A stretch of DNA of 63,988 nucleotides, filler included, from Dimargaris cristalligena (lineage: Eukaryota), in NCBI GenBank assembly GCA_003614675.1. It is 3 parts of 3 records of this genome, joined end to end, with 100 filler letters (N's around TTAATTAATTAA, not from the genome) between each part and the next. Parts side by side here need not be neighbours in the genome. Positions count along the whole stretch, not along the records: positions 43,517 to 63,988 come from ML002698.1; 2 more parts are not named here. One strand, given 5' to 3'. Position numbers and translations under genes: made by a program. Positions within the stretch are counted from its first letter, which is position 1. Each line of letters begins with the position of its first letter. The notes under the pieces were generated by a model that did no database searches, was not told the DNA's origin, and saw only the letters and a program-made list of their open reading frames with translations. Positions 51,060-62,129 of this stretch are shown in pieces.

Positions 51060-54000
51060 ATGCAGGTCCGACCATGCGAATCGAATGAACTTCCCCCTGG
51101 AAATCGCCCCTCTGTATCTCAGCCCTCTCGACCCGCCGCATTGCCCATGGCGTTGCTCCAGAACGGGACCACCACCTATCTCACTGAATCCCCTCCCCTG
51201 TACCCAACGGCCCATCCGCCAGAGCCCCGTCACCTCTCCCCACCCAAACGGTACCATTACCACCACAAACATGCGACCGAACACGCCGTAATTGCTGATC
51301 CGTCTGGTCGCTTCGAACGCTACGACCAAATCCTCGGTCGCGGAGCCTACAAAAAAGTCTACGTAGCCTTTGACCACGAGGATGGCGTCGAAGTCGCGTG
51401 GAACGAAATCAAAGTCGACCATTTAAGGCGTCCGGACCGCCGTAAAATTTGGAGCGAAATATCGATTCTCAAGACGCTGCGCCACGACAGCGTAATCAAC
51501 TTGTTCCACGCTTGGACGGCCATGAACCAGCACGGCATTGAAAACATTTATTTTGTCACCGAGTTCATGTCCTCGGGCACCCTCCGGCAGTTTATCAAAA
51601 AGTCCAAAGGCCCGATTAAACCCCGGGTGCTCAAAAATTGGTGCATGCAAATTTTGCGGGGGCTTGATTATCTGCATCACTACAACCCGCCCATTATCCA
51701 CCGGGATTTGAAGTGCGACAATATTTTCGTCAATGGTAACTCGGGCCACCTAAAAATCGGTGACCTGGGGCTGGCGACATTTAAGCACCGTGAACACGCC
51801 TCATCTGTGCTGGGTACCCCCGAGTACATGGCCCCGGAAATGTACGAAGAGCGCTACAACGAACGGGTGGATATTTACGCTTTTGGCATGTGTGTCCTGG
51901 AAATGGTCACCAAGGAGTACCCCTACGTAGAGTGTACCAACCCGGCCCAGATTTACCGCCGAGTCACGGCCGGTATCCAGCCCGCCGCTTTAGACATATT
52001 GACGGATCCCGACATACAGTCCTTTATTCGCCACTGTATACAGTCCGATCCGGATCAGCGACCAAGTGCCGCTGAGCTTCTTTGTCACCCCTTTTTAACC
52101 GTCCACGAGCCTTTGCCAGCACCGTTTCCGGCAGGGGATTACAACGGGGACGGACTGACCAACGGCTACCCTACCTTAGTCCATCCCTATCCAACACCCG
52201 TGGGTGGTGGGGGCGAGGGGGTAGGGCGTGGTCCTCCCGGGGCCATCGCACGCTGTCACTCCACCGGCGCCCCTGCGCCTATTACTGTTCCCCTGGCCGT
52301 CCACGGTGACTCGGGACCCTCTCCCCTTGGCATCGCTGGCCGTGCTCACGGCCCCACTCTCGCCCTGTCTGCATCCCCCTTGTCTATTGTCTGCTCACCC
52401 ACTCCACCACCCGGGGCCCCGGAAATGAGTTCGCTGGCGCCGCTACCCCACGTACAGCGGATGGTCTCCCCCTCCCCTCATTTGGGTGGCACGGCCATGG
52501 TCCCCCCTAACATATCGTCCCGGTCCTCGTCGGCATCGTCCCCTCGGATTAACGGGAACACGGTGGGGGTATTGCCCCCACCACGCCCGGCTGGAGTGGC
52601 GGTAAAGGTGATGAACTATACCCCCGACCACCATGAACTGACCCTTGCAGTCCAATATACGGCCCCTGGCGCCGAGACGCAGACCATCACGTTCCCCTTC
52701 CACCTTCCTTCGGATACCCCATATAGCGTGGTGGTAGAAATGATTAAAGAAGGCGTATTGGGGGAATTTGAGCTCCCCATGGCCGAGAATCAAATTGCCC
52801 AGGCCCTGGAGACCTGGTTCGACCACGAGGTAGCGATCAATATGACGTTGCGGTCTGTGGCTCACAGCTACCCGTACTTTAATTCAACTCTCAAGTCCGT
52901 AAAATACAGATCCCGCACTCCTCATCCCGCTGGCGACCATTACAACCCAGTCATGGGTGGCGGTGGCTACACCCACTCTCCAAAGATGTTAGCGTCACTG
53001 GCAAAATCGCACCTTGGTCGATCCGCTTCACGGCCTGTATCCTATGGTTCGGTAGGGTCTCACCGATCAGGTAGACACCAATTCCACGCGCATCATGACG
53101 ACGGCGCGTTTTACCTGCCCCCCGCCAGCTGCCCACTGTCCGTGGGTAGCTGTAAATCAAACGATGAGGGCGAGGAGTCGGATGATCTATCCTCACCCGA
53201 TGAATTCCTAAGTGAGTTCGAGTTGGAAACCCCTCTCCCCACACCCGACAGCGATGTCCCACCGTCATCATCACACTCGGGTACCGACGAGCTCGACCCG
53301 ATTGATTGCCAGGGTGCCTACTCAACTACCGCGGTACCACAGAATCCCACCCATTTTGTAGCCCCCTCTCGCAAATATCCCTTTCTGGTGGACCACCATG
53401 GACTGCAGACTTCCAAGGCCTACCTGATGCGGCGAGCCTCGGACCGTCGGGCGGCGGGACGGATCTCTAAGCCAGATCACCCGATCCGGCCTGTAATTGC
53501 CAGTACGCCTTGTTCACCCGTGTTTTACGGAAGTACTCCTCCGGCTCCTGCGGGGCTCCCCCTCGGGTCACTTCCTTCACATCCGCTCTACGCCCTAGCT
53601 GGGGGGGATGCAAACCATGGCTGTGTGCCGTATTTCGCTGCTGAGTCGATGGCCGCCGCGGGTGTTGGTAAGGGTGGTGGTGGATACCCTATGCCCTATT
53701 CTCCGTTTGGCTACTTGCCTCCCGTGGCCCTCCTGGCGGCCCACCCTCTTAACCGGCGCTCAACTACCAACTCTTCTCACACGAATGACTCGACCTTCGC
53801 GGCGGATACGGACGAGGCCTCCCATATTGTGCAGCAGCTTAATCAGCTAAGTCTGACTCCACTACCGTCATCGTCGGCGCCGTCACCATCGTCATTACCG
53901 GGACGGCTGGCCGTGCCAACCATAGATGTGGAAACCTGTTCTAGCCCAACCCTCCCCCTGATCCCAACTACCCACCCCTCGTCCGTGTCGCCATCACTGC

Positions 54001-54680
54001 TAGAGGTTTCCAAGCCCCTCGGGGGGGCTGACCGACTGACCACCGTCTACTTCGATGATCAGTGCTCGGCGGACGAGAGTGTAACCACCATTACCAACCC
54101 GGTTGGTATCGACGCCGATTTAGACGAGGGCGGTGTTGCCTACACAGCCCCAGCGGCCTGCGGCCAGTGTCAGCAACCTATCCCTATCTCGCCGGGACCC
54201 GTTGCCTTACCACTGCCACCGTGCCCCGACCCATATATACACTTTCAGGGATCTTCTTCTTTGCCTCGGCCACCACGGGGTCCCATGCCGGCTGACCCTG
54301 TCACCCATACCTTCAATTCTTCCAGTCAGTTGATGGCCGACGCAGAAGGCAAGGGAAAGGGTGGTATGAGCAACAGCCCTGAGGATACGGGCCGAACCAG
54401 TGTCGTAGTCAATCCTGACCTAGTTGATCCTTTGAAGATGGGCCTTGTATGGCCACCGGACTGCGCAGCGGCGGTCACGACCCCACCACATGCCGGTACC
54501 GGTAGTTTGAGTGGCCCTGCTGAGCAGCCCCCGGGCGACAGTAATGCTGCCACGGGCGACCCCGATATTATTGCCCTGTGGCTTAAACACCAACAGGAAG
54601 CGGCGGCGATGTTGTTTAGTCATCAGCAGGAATGGCAGGAATTACTTGCTTCTAAACAACAGGACCAGTGCCAAGACTGA
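51060..54680 (+). CDS. WNK-family (With-No-Lysine) Ser/Thr kinase
   Basis: GRGAYKKVY places Lys in the Gly loop, while VAWNE lacks the subdomain II Lys. Also IIHRDLKCDNIF, KIGDLGLA, SVLGTPEYMAPE, a CCT/PF2-like segment ITFPFHLPSDT..VVVEMIKEG and a C-terminal helical H..Q segment. Confidence 0.92.
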   Translation: MQVRPCESNELPPGNRPSVSQPSRPAALPMALLQNGTTTYLTESPPLYPTAHPPEPRHLSPPKRYHYHHKHATEHAVIADPSGRFERYDQILGRGAYKKVYVAFDHEDGVEVAWNEIKVDHLRRPDRRKIWSEISILKTLRHDSVINLFHAWTAMNQHGIENIYFVTEFMSSGTLRQFIKKSKGPIKPRVLKNWCMQILRGLDYLHHYNPPIIHRDLKCDNIFVNGNSGHLKIGDLGLATFKHREHASSVLGTPEYMAPEMYEERYNERVDIYAFGMCVLEMVTKEYPYVECTNPAQIYRRVTAGIQPAALDILTDPDIQSFIRHCIQSDPDQRPSAAELLCHPFLTVHEPLPAPFPAGDYNGDGLTNGYPTLVHPYPTPVGGGGEGVGRGPPGAIARCHSTGAPAPITVPLAVHGDSGPSPLGIAGRAHGPTLALSASPLSIVCSPTPPPGAPEMSSLAPLPHVQRMVSPSPHLGGTAMVPPNISSRSSSASSPRINGNTVGVLPPPRPAGVAVKVMNYTPDHHELTLAVQYTAPGAETQTITFPFHLPSDTPYSVVVEMIKEGVLGEFELPMAENQIAQALETWFDHEVAINMTLRSVAHSYPYFNSTLKSVKYRSRTPHPAGDHYNPVMGGGGYTHSPKMLASLAKSHLGRSASRPVSYGSVGSHRSGRHQFHAHHDDGAFYLPPASCPLSVGSCKSNDEGEESDDLSSPDEFLSEFELETPLPTPDSDVPPSSSHSGTDELDPIDCQGAYSTTAVPQNPTHFVAPSRKYPFLVDHHGLQTSKAYLMRRASDRRAAGRISKPDHPIRPVIASTPCSPVFYGSTPPAPAGLPLGSLPSHPLYALAGGDANHGCVPYFAAESMAAAGVGKGGGGYPMPYSPFGYLPPVALLAAHPLNRRSTTNSSHTNDSTFAADTDEASHIVQQLNQLSLTPLPSSSAPSPSSLPGRLAVPTIDVETCSSPTLPLIPTTHPSSVSPSLLEVSKPLGGADRLTTVYFDDQCSADESVTTITNPVGIDADLDEGGVAYTAPAACGQCQQPIPISPGPVALPLPPCPDPYIHFQGSSSLPRPPRGPMPADPVTHTFNSSSQLMADAEGKGKGGMSNSPEDTGRTSVVVNPDLVDPLKMGLVWPPDCAAAVTTPPHAGTGSLSGPAEQPPGDSNAATGDPDIIALWLKHQQEAAAMLFSHQQEWQELLASKQQDQCQD

Positions 54681-56135
54681 TTGGTATAACCCCTCTAATA
54701 TCTCTCCCCATGCACCAGTGTGGTACTTATCTCGTCGGCTGGGTTAATGCCTTGATTACACCGACCATTGGGTTATAGGACTCATGCCTATTCCCTTCCA
54801 AGGTTTATTCAGGCGACCTCCGCTTTCCGACATTTAATCCGACACAGCCCATAGAATATTCTAAAGGGACAACGTGACCTGGTGATTATTTCAAGCATTG
54901 TTATCCAGGTCATTAATTTCGTGGTGGGACATACATGTCCGTTCACTTTTTCACATATCCCCTATACTATCCCGATATCCTATTCTACTTATTAGTACCT
55001 GCCATCTTCGCCCTTTTCCCTCTCTCCCTCTCTCTCTTTCTCTCTCCTTCACTTACCCTGACTTCCATATCTGTATATTTATATTTGCTTGTAATCTAGA
55101 CATTGCAACTCATAATATTGGACCTAGCGGGTTTTGGCGCCCTCTTCAATTTTGCCATATCTCACCTTTTTGTTTGTCTCCCTCTGTATTATATTTCGTA
55201 TTGCTTCTACTTCAGCATAGCGTCATGTTAGTATGGTTATCTATAATATCAAATATTTTGCCAGTTACATTATGCACTCTGGTTTCTTTTTCATTTGATT
55301 CAGGATAGGATAGATAGTACTTAAGTCTTCTGGAGTGCTCCCCACTGTGTGTTTATGAATTATACTGATATTAATAACCACCACCTGGTTGGACGCAGTA
55401 ATAGTTGTTTCGCTTTATTTTTTTATGAACCAGATGAAACCTGGTAATACAATGCCTATTAACCTGTGTTAGTTATTAACGTCATACGGGGCCCCTGGAT
55501 GTCCGATACATATGCATAGGCGTGTAACAGATTTATTACCCACCATTTTGATGCGTGTCACGACTTGATCATGCCTTTTTAACATATCGCTGGACATAGT
55601 CTAAGTGGTCTCTTTGACGTGTTATATTGTATATCTAATCATAATCAGAGGGACACGTCATGGGAGATTAAGATCGAAAGACCAGATGGCACAATCATAG
55701 TGGATCGACTGACTAGCTCTCTCTGGAGAAGGAGCTGGTGGCATGGCTCTAGGCCACTAAAACATATATAGGCTATGGACCTGCATATGGGCTCCGCTTG
55801 GCATTCTTTTTCTTTCATACCTTTGTGTTTCTGATCTTGCTGCATTGGCGTTGCTCGTACTTGTATATACTCCCTGTTTTCTCGGGTCTCCGTGTGTTGT
55901 CCTTGTGCGCATTCAATCCTACTCCTTTTATTCCCAAGCGGCTCCGACATCGGGATATTCACTCCCAAGTCCCCCTCCTCCCCCGCTTGGCTATTCCAAA
56001 CGGTCATCTCCTTTTCTCTCGCACTTATACTAGCTCTTCATCGCTACATTCCTTCTTATTTTCTCCATTATTACACCCACTCTCACTGGCATTGCTTCCC
56101 CCCATTGCTCTCCTGCCGACTTTAAGAAAACCGCC

Positions 56136-57663
56136 ATGCCTACGCTCAACGATATTCGCAATATGGACACGGATACCTTCAAACAAACCCTCCTGAGCGG
56201 TTTTGAGGCGATACCTTCCCAGCTAAAGACCTTTTTGACCCAGCTGCCCCTGGCCACGTTCGCCATTTTCGCGGGCTGCAGTGCCATCTACTTCGCCGAC
56301 CTGGTGTTCTGGCTGATTCGATTGGGCACTCCATTGGAGGATTTCCTGGGTCTGATGCCCATTAAATTCTTACACGGTCAAAGTAAGCCTTGTTTGTGAC
56401 TTGGGGTTAGGGGGCTGTATTACACTGTTACCGATTTCCTGTCATTTAGGATATGGAATTTGCATCTGAAGCTTCGGGAAACCATAATCTCGGAGTGGTA
56501 CCTATTTTTATAGAGTCGAATGAATTTTCCCAGGGACGGCGGTGTAAATATAATCCAACTATTTTTTATCCCCTCGCTTATACTCATCCCTATGTACCAC
56601 GTCCCCGAATACTAACGATTTTACGACCATACCTCTCTCTCTCTGCCTACCTATTCTAGTTTGGCGTATCTTCACTTACCCGCTCGCCCACGTCAGCATG
56701 TTCCACCTGCTTTTTAACATGCTCGCTCTCTTATCCCTCAGCCGCACCGCCGAGAAACGGGTCGGCACCCTTCAGTACGCCTACCTGCTGACCGTGCCCT
56801 TCACCCTATTCCCCGGCATCATCTATGTCCTTCTGACCCACTTCATCTTCCATTCCTCCGACTACCATATCTCGACGGGTACGAGCGGCTGGGTGTTTGC
56901 CCTACTGACCTGGGAGTGCGTGCGCGTGGACTCGGTGCGGAGTTTCTTTGGCCTTTTCAACGTGTCATCCAAATGGTACCCGGTCGTCATCCTACTGGTA
57001 ATTGAAATTATCTTTCCCGCTAGTTCATTGATCGGGCATCTCACGTGCATGGCCGCCGGCTACCTCTGTAAGTCATATTATCTACTTGGTGACCTCGTAT
57101 CATTGTGTACTATTCCGAGTAGAAACGTGTATACAATGATCGACTGGTATCCCGTGGTGGACTACGATGGCCTTCCATTCCTCGGTGCCTCATAACAACT
57201 GACCTTTGGTGGACTGTCAAAGCATTGTGAATAATGGTTGCCTCTAAGCGGATTTTGTGATTGGCTTCGTACTTACATCTGACTAATTATTGGTCCCTAT
57301 CTTGATCGGTCGGCTACTTATCCCACCTTTCCTTATATGCTATTATTGCCATTCGATCTTCTAGACGCCTTTGGCTGGTTGAACATTGTGGTTCCTCCGC
57401 TTAATTTCTTTGGGCGGATTCAAAACTGGACCTTCATGAATCGCATCGCCGGTCATTCTCGTTTTGTGGATATTAACGACGCCCAAGACACGGGTGTATT
57501 TCTCCCATCTTTCTTCACCCGGTCGACCGCATCGAACACCCAAAATTCCCCCGGCGCTAGTGCGGGTCACACCCTGGGTTCGTCGCAGCCCTCCCGCCAG
57601 AATTATGTGACTATTCACGACATTAATGATGTACGCGAAGAACAGCTCTTGGCTAAGAATTAG
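56136..57663 (+). CDS. Rhomboid intramembrane serine protease (Rbd2/RHBDD-like); exons 56136-56382, 56660-57067, 57365-57663
   Basis: GQ|IWRIFTYPLAHVSMFHLLFNM (WR and HxxxxHxxxN motifs), GTSG catalytic Ser, S..GHL catalytic His, tail GHTLGS. Both introns are GTAAG..CTAG in phase. Confidence 0.88.
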
Positions 57664-57931
57664 GGTGGTTCACTGGAGAATTCTTAAACACTTCGCCGTT
57701 TTTTTTTTCATTTTCATTTCCACCATCATTTAAGAAGAGAGTGATATTTACAAATATACATATACGTATATGGGTGCTTATTATCTCCTTAAGACTCACA
57801 AATTTTAAACCAAATTTGTCATTTTTAGAGTTGGTTCAAGCTGCAGATTGATGTATTGATTCATTTAGGTCGATTATCTATAAATTCCACTGTAATATTA
57901 TACTCCCTAAATGGGAAACATACTTTCATAT

Positions 57932-58067
57932 GGGTGAAATTCAGCTCGGCTGTATAAGGTTTTAACAGATATGTGTATGGGAAAATCAGTGGGATGATAA
58001 TTTTCAACCAGTAGTATTTGCCTCATCAAACGGATTTTTTGTTATACAGCCTTGTTGAACTACTCCC
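57932..58067. mobile_element. 136-bp MITE, copy 2
   Basis: GGGTGAAATTCAGCTCGGCTGTATAA...TTATACAGCCTTGTTGAACTACTCCC, flanked by ATAT on both sides. Confidence 0.87.
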
Positions 58068-58533
58068 ATATGCTGAGGTAGAGGCTAGGCACCCTGATGG
58101 CTAATTCTCGGATTGTTGAAAACAGGCAGTGTATATCTTGTTGAGATTTCGAAGTGAAAATAAAATGTATACCAACACTAAATAGCCTTATCCACCATCA
58201 GTACAGTGGCTACTAAACATTATATTTTAAGGCCTAAAAATCCCGAATCCAACCTGTCACACCTTCAATATTCGTCGTCCAAATTCAGTCTATCTAATCT
58301 TTCGGCGAGTATTAACAATGCCAAAAATATATATTTTATTCAAAAAACCGGGTGCAATGGAATGGCCCATTTCCCAAAGCGTATCAATAAAATTCAGACT
58401 TAAGATCCGATACCCTGACCGGATATTGCCGGAGTGGTTCAAGAACACATCGAGGTTAGTACTGTTCTGGGCCCGCCTCGTTGAACTGGATGTGAATGAA
58501 GGGGCGTGGTTAAGACCGTCACGTATGGGGCAT

Positions 58534-59316
58534 TTAATTATTATTAATACTATTGGTGTGCCCAGTTTTCAAGTGCCCATTCAAATTGGCGACTCGGTCG
58601 AACCTAACCCAACAGATTGGACACACAGTTCGGCACGATTTTACCCGGTGGTTTTCCAAGTATCTAGGTTGGGCGAATACTTGGTTGCACTTTAGGCATT
58701 CGGCCCCTCCGCCGGTCTCGTGCAGCTGAAGATGGTTTTTGAAGAAACAGTGCTTGATAGCCCGTGGGCAATACTGGCAGTACCGACGGCTATTCTTTAA
58801 GGATAAAACGGAGGCATCTTCGTAAGTTGAAAGGATATCGGGGTCCGGTGGCTGTTGCTAAGCATTTAAAGATTCATTGGCTAAGTTCGTGGTTGGACGG
58901 TTGGAACCATGCGCTATACTATAGGAGGGAACGGGAGTTCTTTAGTCCCAGGTAGAGCCATCAGACAGAATGGGTCGGTGGGCTTCTGCTTCATCATTGT
59001 AGTAGTGATAGTGGTTGTAGTGGGCGGTTGTATAGTCCTCATTCGGGCCATTGTTGGGGTCGTTTTCGGAAGAGGCATGCTCACGTTCGAGAGACTGGAG
59101 GCCCCAGCGCGCCTCAGGGGTTCATCCATAAGAGTCAACACTTGCTATCAAGCTGTTGCGATCAGTTGATTCAAGTAGATACTTCAGGTCCATCTTACCA
59201 TAAGAGGCTCCTTGTGGGGTAGGAAGTTCCATGGAGGACTGGCCAGGGATAGCTCATAGGGGCGACACATTGGCTAACAGGATCAAATAGAACCCCGTAG
59301 TTATTTTCCAAGCCAT
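58534..59316 (-). pseudogene. Nonsense-disrupted gene for a signal-peptide-bearing protein with three C2H2/C2HC zinc fingers
   Basis: One frame from ATG 59316: MAWKITTGFYLILLANVSPL*AIPGQSSMELPTPQGASYGKMDLKYLL...YCQYCPRAIKHCFFKNHLQLHETGGGAECLKCNQVFAQPRYLENHRVKSCRTVCPICWVRFDRVANLNGHLKTGH. Internal stops at 59256, 59124, 58944 and 58860; no frameshift needed. Confidence 0.75.
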
Positions 59317-59679
59317 CGGTAAAAAAATTGGGGTGGGAGATATATATACACGCTGTAAGGGATTATATAAATATATCTAATACAAACATATATTTACGAA
59401 ATTAGACAAGCGGAGTAAACCACGCAACCTTTTGATAGCTCTAAAACGGTAAATGGGCTTCTTGCGTTAGATGGGTCTAGGTAGAAATAGTATACTTGGG
59501 CTTGAAAATGTAGAGAGGGAGTAAAAGAAGGCAACGTAGAGCTACCAATTTTAATCGCATTCCAAAGATACATAGTGTTCGCCCTCGCCTTTTATACCCC
59601 CAGCCCTCGCCAGCACGCTAATCGAGCCACTCTATTCAAATTAGCCTTTTTTGGTTAAAGGGTACCGGACTATTCAAAC

Positions 59680-59899
59680 TGTTGGAACCTCATTTCCCCC
59701 GCCCCACCAATTCCATCTTTCTGATTAGTTCGTCCTATACTCGGAACAACATTTTTATCATCATTACTGCTATTTCCAACTCAATAACTCCAACCGCAGG
59801 CATCTAGCCTTGCCCCTTGTGGTTCTTTCTCTCTTCTTTGAATCTTTTCAGTTGCATCTGAAGGCACTTGCATTTACCATTCAATCTATATTCCCAACA
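59680..59899 (+). mobile_element. Solo LTR of the copia family at 62130
   Basis: TGTTGGAA...CCCAACA termini. Aligns end to end with 62130-62389 apart from an indel of about 40 bp. No internal domain follows. Confidence 0.85.
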
Positions 59900-60292
59900 T
59901 TTTCTAGGCTATGAGGTCATAAAGTGTTGAAGGAGAATGGTCAAGAGGAAGAAATCATCATCAACGACCGTTCGGCACCTGTTGTGATCATTCCACCTTA
60001 GTCTTGCAATTCGGGTATAAAAACCCACCTATTTTTCTCCCTAGTTTAGGGAGAAATCCAGAGCAATCCACCGAGAAAACGAACTAGTCATATATTCCTG
60101 ATTTTACCACACTTATTCCTAAATAAATATTTCTTTATAAAAACCTATCCATTAATTTATCACTTTAAACAAGGCCGTCGAAGAGCGAATATAAAGTAGC
60201 CACGGTCCCCAAGTTCGAAATATATTCATTCCTTTTTAAAAACGAAACGATTTACCAAGTTTATTAAAGTTATTTCATTTAATTAAAACACT

Positions 60293-60705
60293 ATGTTCCG
60301 CTCGAAGAGTCTGTTCATTGGGAGCCCGGAGGTGTCTCCTCCGCCCTCTCCATCCCGTCCCCGCTCTCCACTTGAACGACTGTTTCCGGCCTCCTCCTCC
60401 TCACGGTCCGGTGCCCTTCAACCCGACAGGGTCACGCAGAACCCTCCCAGATCCCCGGGCCGTGGTCCTACACGATCACCATGGACAAAACAGCTTCCCA
60501 GCCACCCCTTGCTGACCACGATGGTCGATCATATTCCAGAGATAACCACGGTGGCGATCAGAGAAATGGAGGTGGCTCCCCCATGTCAACTACCAGTGCG
60601 CGACTTTATCGGCGGTCATCTAATCTTAACCGAATTATGAAGAAACTCATCAAACCCTTTACAAGTAAACTGTCCACTTTAGGTCGTCTATTCGGTAAAA
60701 AGTAG
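60293..60705 (+). CDS. Possible small orphan Pro/Ser-rich gene or gene remnant (overlapping ORFs 60293-60640 and 60481-60705)
   Basis: GC-rich island in AT-rich DNA, ATG after an A-rich context, TATAAA at about 60190. No recognisable domain. Confidence 0.35.
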
Positions 60706-61894
60706 TATATTTCTGGTGCATGGTATAATACTCTGTACAACTCCATGCCCTCAATACTAATACTTGCTGATATGGTCTAGCTTTTTTATAGTTCATTGTT
60801 TAGTGCCTTCTTTCACCATGCCATAACAGTTGGAAGATTCCGATCCAGAATTTGCAATATCATTTATTTAGTCATATTTTGTATATTAGTCATTCAAGCC
60901 CATCAAAATAAACCATTGTAATATTATAGTAGTCGGACTGACTTGAAATCGTTTACTTTTCCGCATTATGGAATAATTATGCGCAATGTAGTGGGAAACA
61001 TGCCTCCCTCTATTCATGAAGCATTTCGCCAATCCTAGAGTTATCAGCGGACATCTTACAATACTGACATATCCAATTTAATAGCCGACTCTGTTTCTAC
61101 ATTTCCCCTTACTCCATAAGGTGTCTTGGTAGTCTATTATTACGCCTAGTTATTATCTCTATTGAATTGTCACCGTTCCCCACATAGTATGTCCCATTTA
61201 CTTTCTCGGCATTTCGAATATTTTTTTTAAAAAATAAAAATAAAAAACAAGCAAAGTTTCAGAAACTCTGGCTTATCAAACCAACCACCCTAGTAATACA
61301 TTAGTATAATTCTCTGATTTAAACTAACCTTTTCCGGATTCGCAGTCAATAAGTGATGTATTCTGTAATTTCAATGGTAGTGGTGGCTTACCACTTTTCT
61401 GTCGATAATAGTTCACCTAGATAAGTATGTATTGGGAAAAGCACCAAGAGTTGGTTCAAATAACACTTAATAAACAGGAGCAGAAGAGAAAGAGTATATC
61501 ATTATATGGGTACCAAAGTGCTTACCAATAATATGGAGGATCATATAGGGGTGATTAGATAAATTAGATATAATTTAAGCTGAGGAATGTCGGGCTTTTG
61601 TGACTAAAGGTGGTATTTACATGTAAGGGCGATATTGGAGGATCATTCTAAAATCATCACAGCAGTATCACTGGTCAAATGTGAGGGTGGAGTCCGGGGG
61701 GGGGGGGAGGTGGTGAGGAGATAGTAGATTACCACGATAATGAATACTGCCATGGAAAAAGATAACGGGGCACAATAAGCCTTAATGTAGATAATGGGTG
61801 TGGAGATTTCTTGGTCCTATTAGGGAAGACTATTTTATGTGGCAGTCTCAATACTTATATTCTTATCACTTCAAATACTTGGTCTACTTTATAT

Positions 61895-62030
61895 GGGTGA
61901 AGTTCAGCTTGGTTGTATAGGGGTTTAACCGATATGTGTATGGGAAAATCAGTGGGATGTTTATTTTCAACCAGCAGTACTTGCCTCTTCAAATGGATTT
62001 TTCGTTATACAGCCTTGTTGAACTACTCCC
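61895..62030. mobile_element. 136-bp MITE, copy 3
   Basis: Same length, terminal inverted repeats and ATAT flanks as copies 1 and 2. Confidence 0.87.
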
Positions 62031-62129
62031 ATATGCTGCCTCCACTGCCTTTTGAAAATACTTATATATAAATGAGCATCCCTGAACCATTCTCTTCCAA
62101 CCTGAGGGAGGTCCAAACCACTGAGAAAA

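Noticed and set aside
2522-54747. Many antisense and alternate-frame ORFs in the track overlapping real genes (e.g. 12035-12778, 31792-32565, 45669-46484) and low-complexity ORFs in CT-rich leaders
   Set aside because: Shadows of GC-rich codon usage or simple sequence, with no domain content.
61260-61560. Minus-strand GTAAGC..CTAG intron-like signals around a 25-nt exon
   Set aside because: Spliced products are only about 24 codons with no recognisable content.
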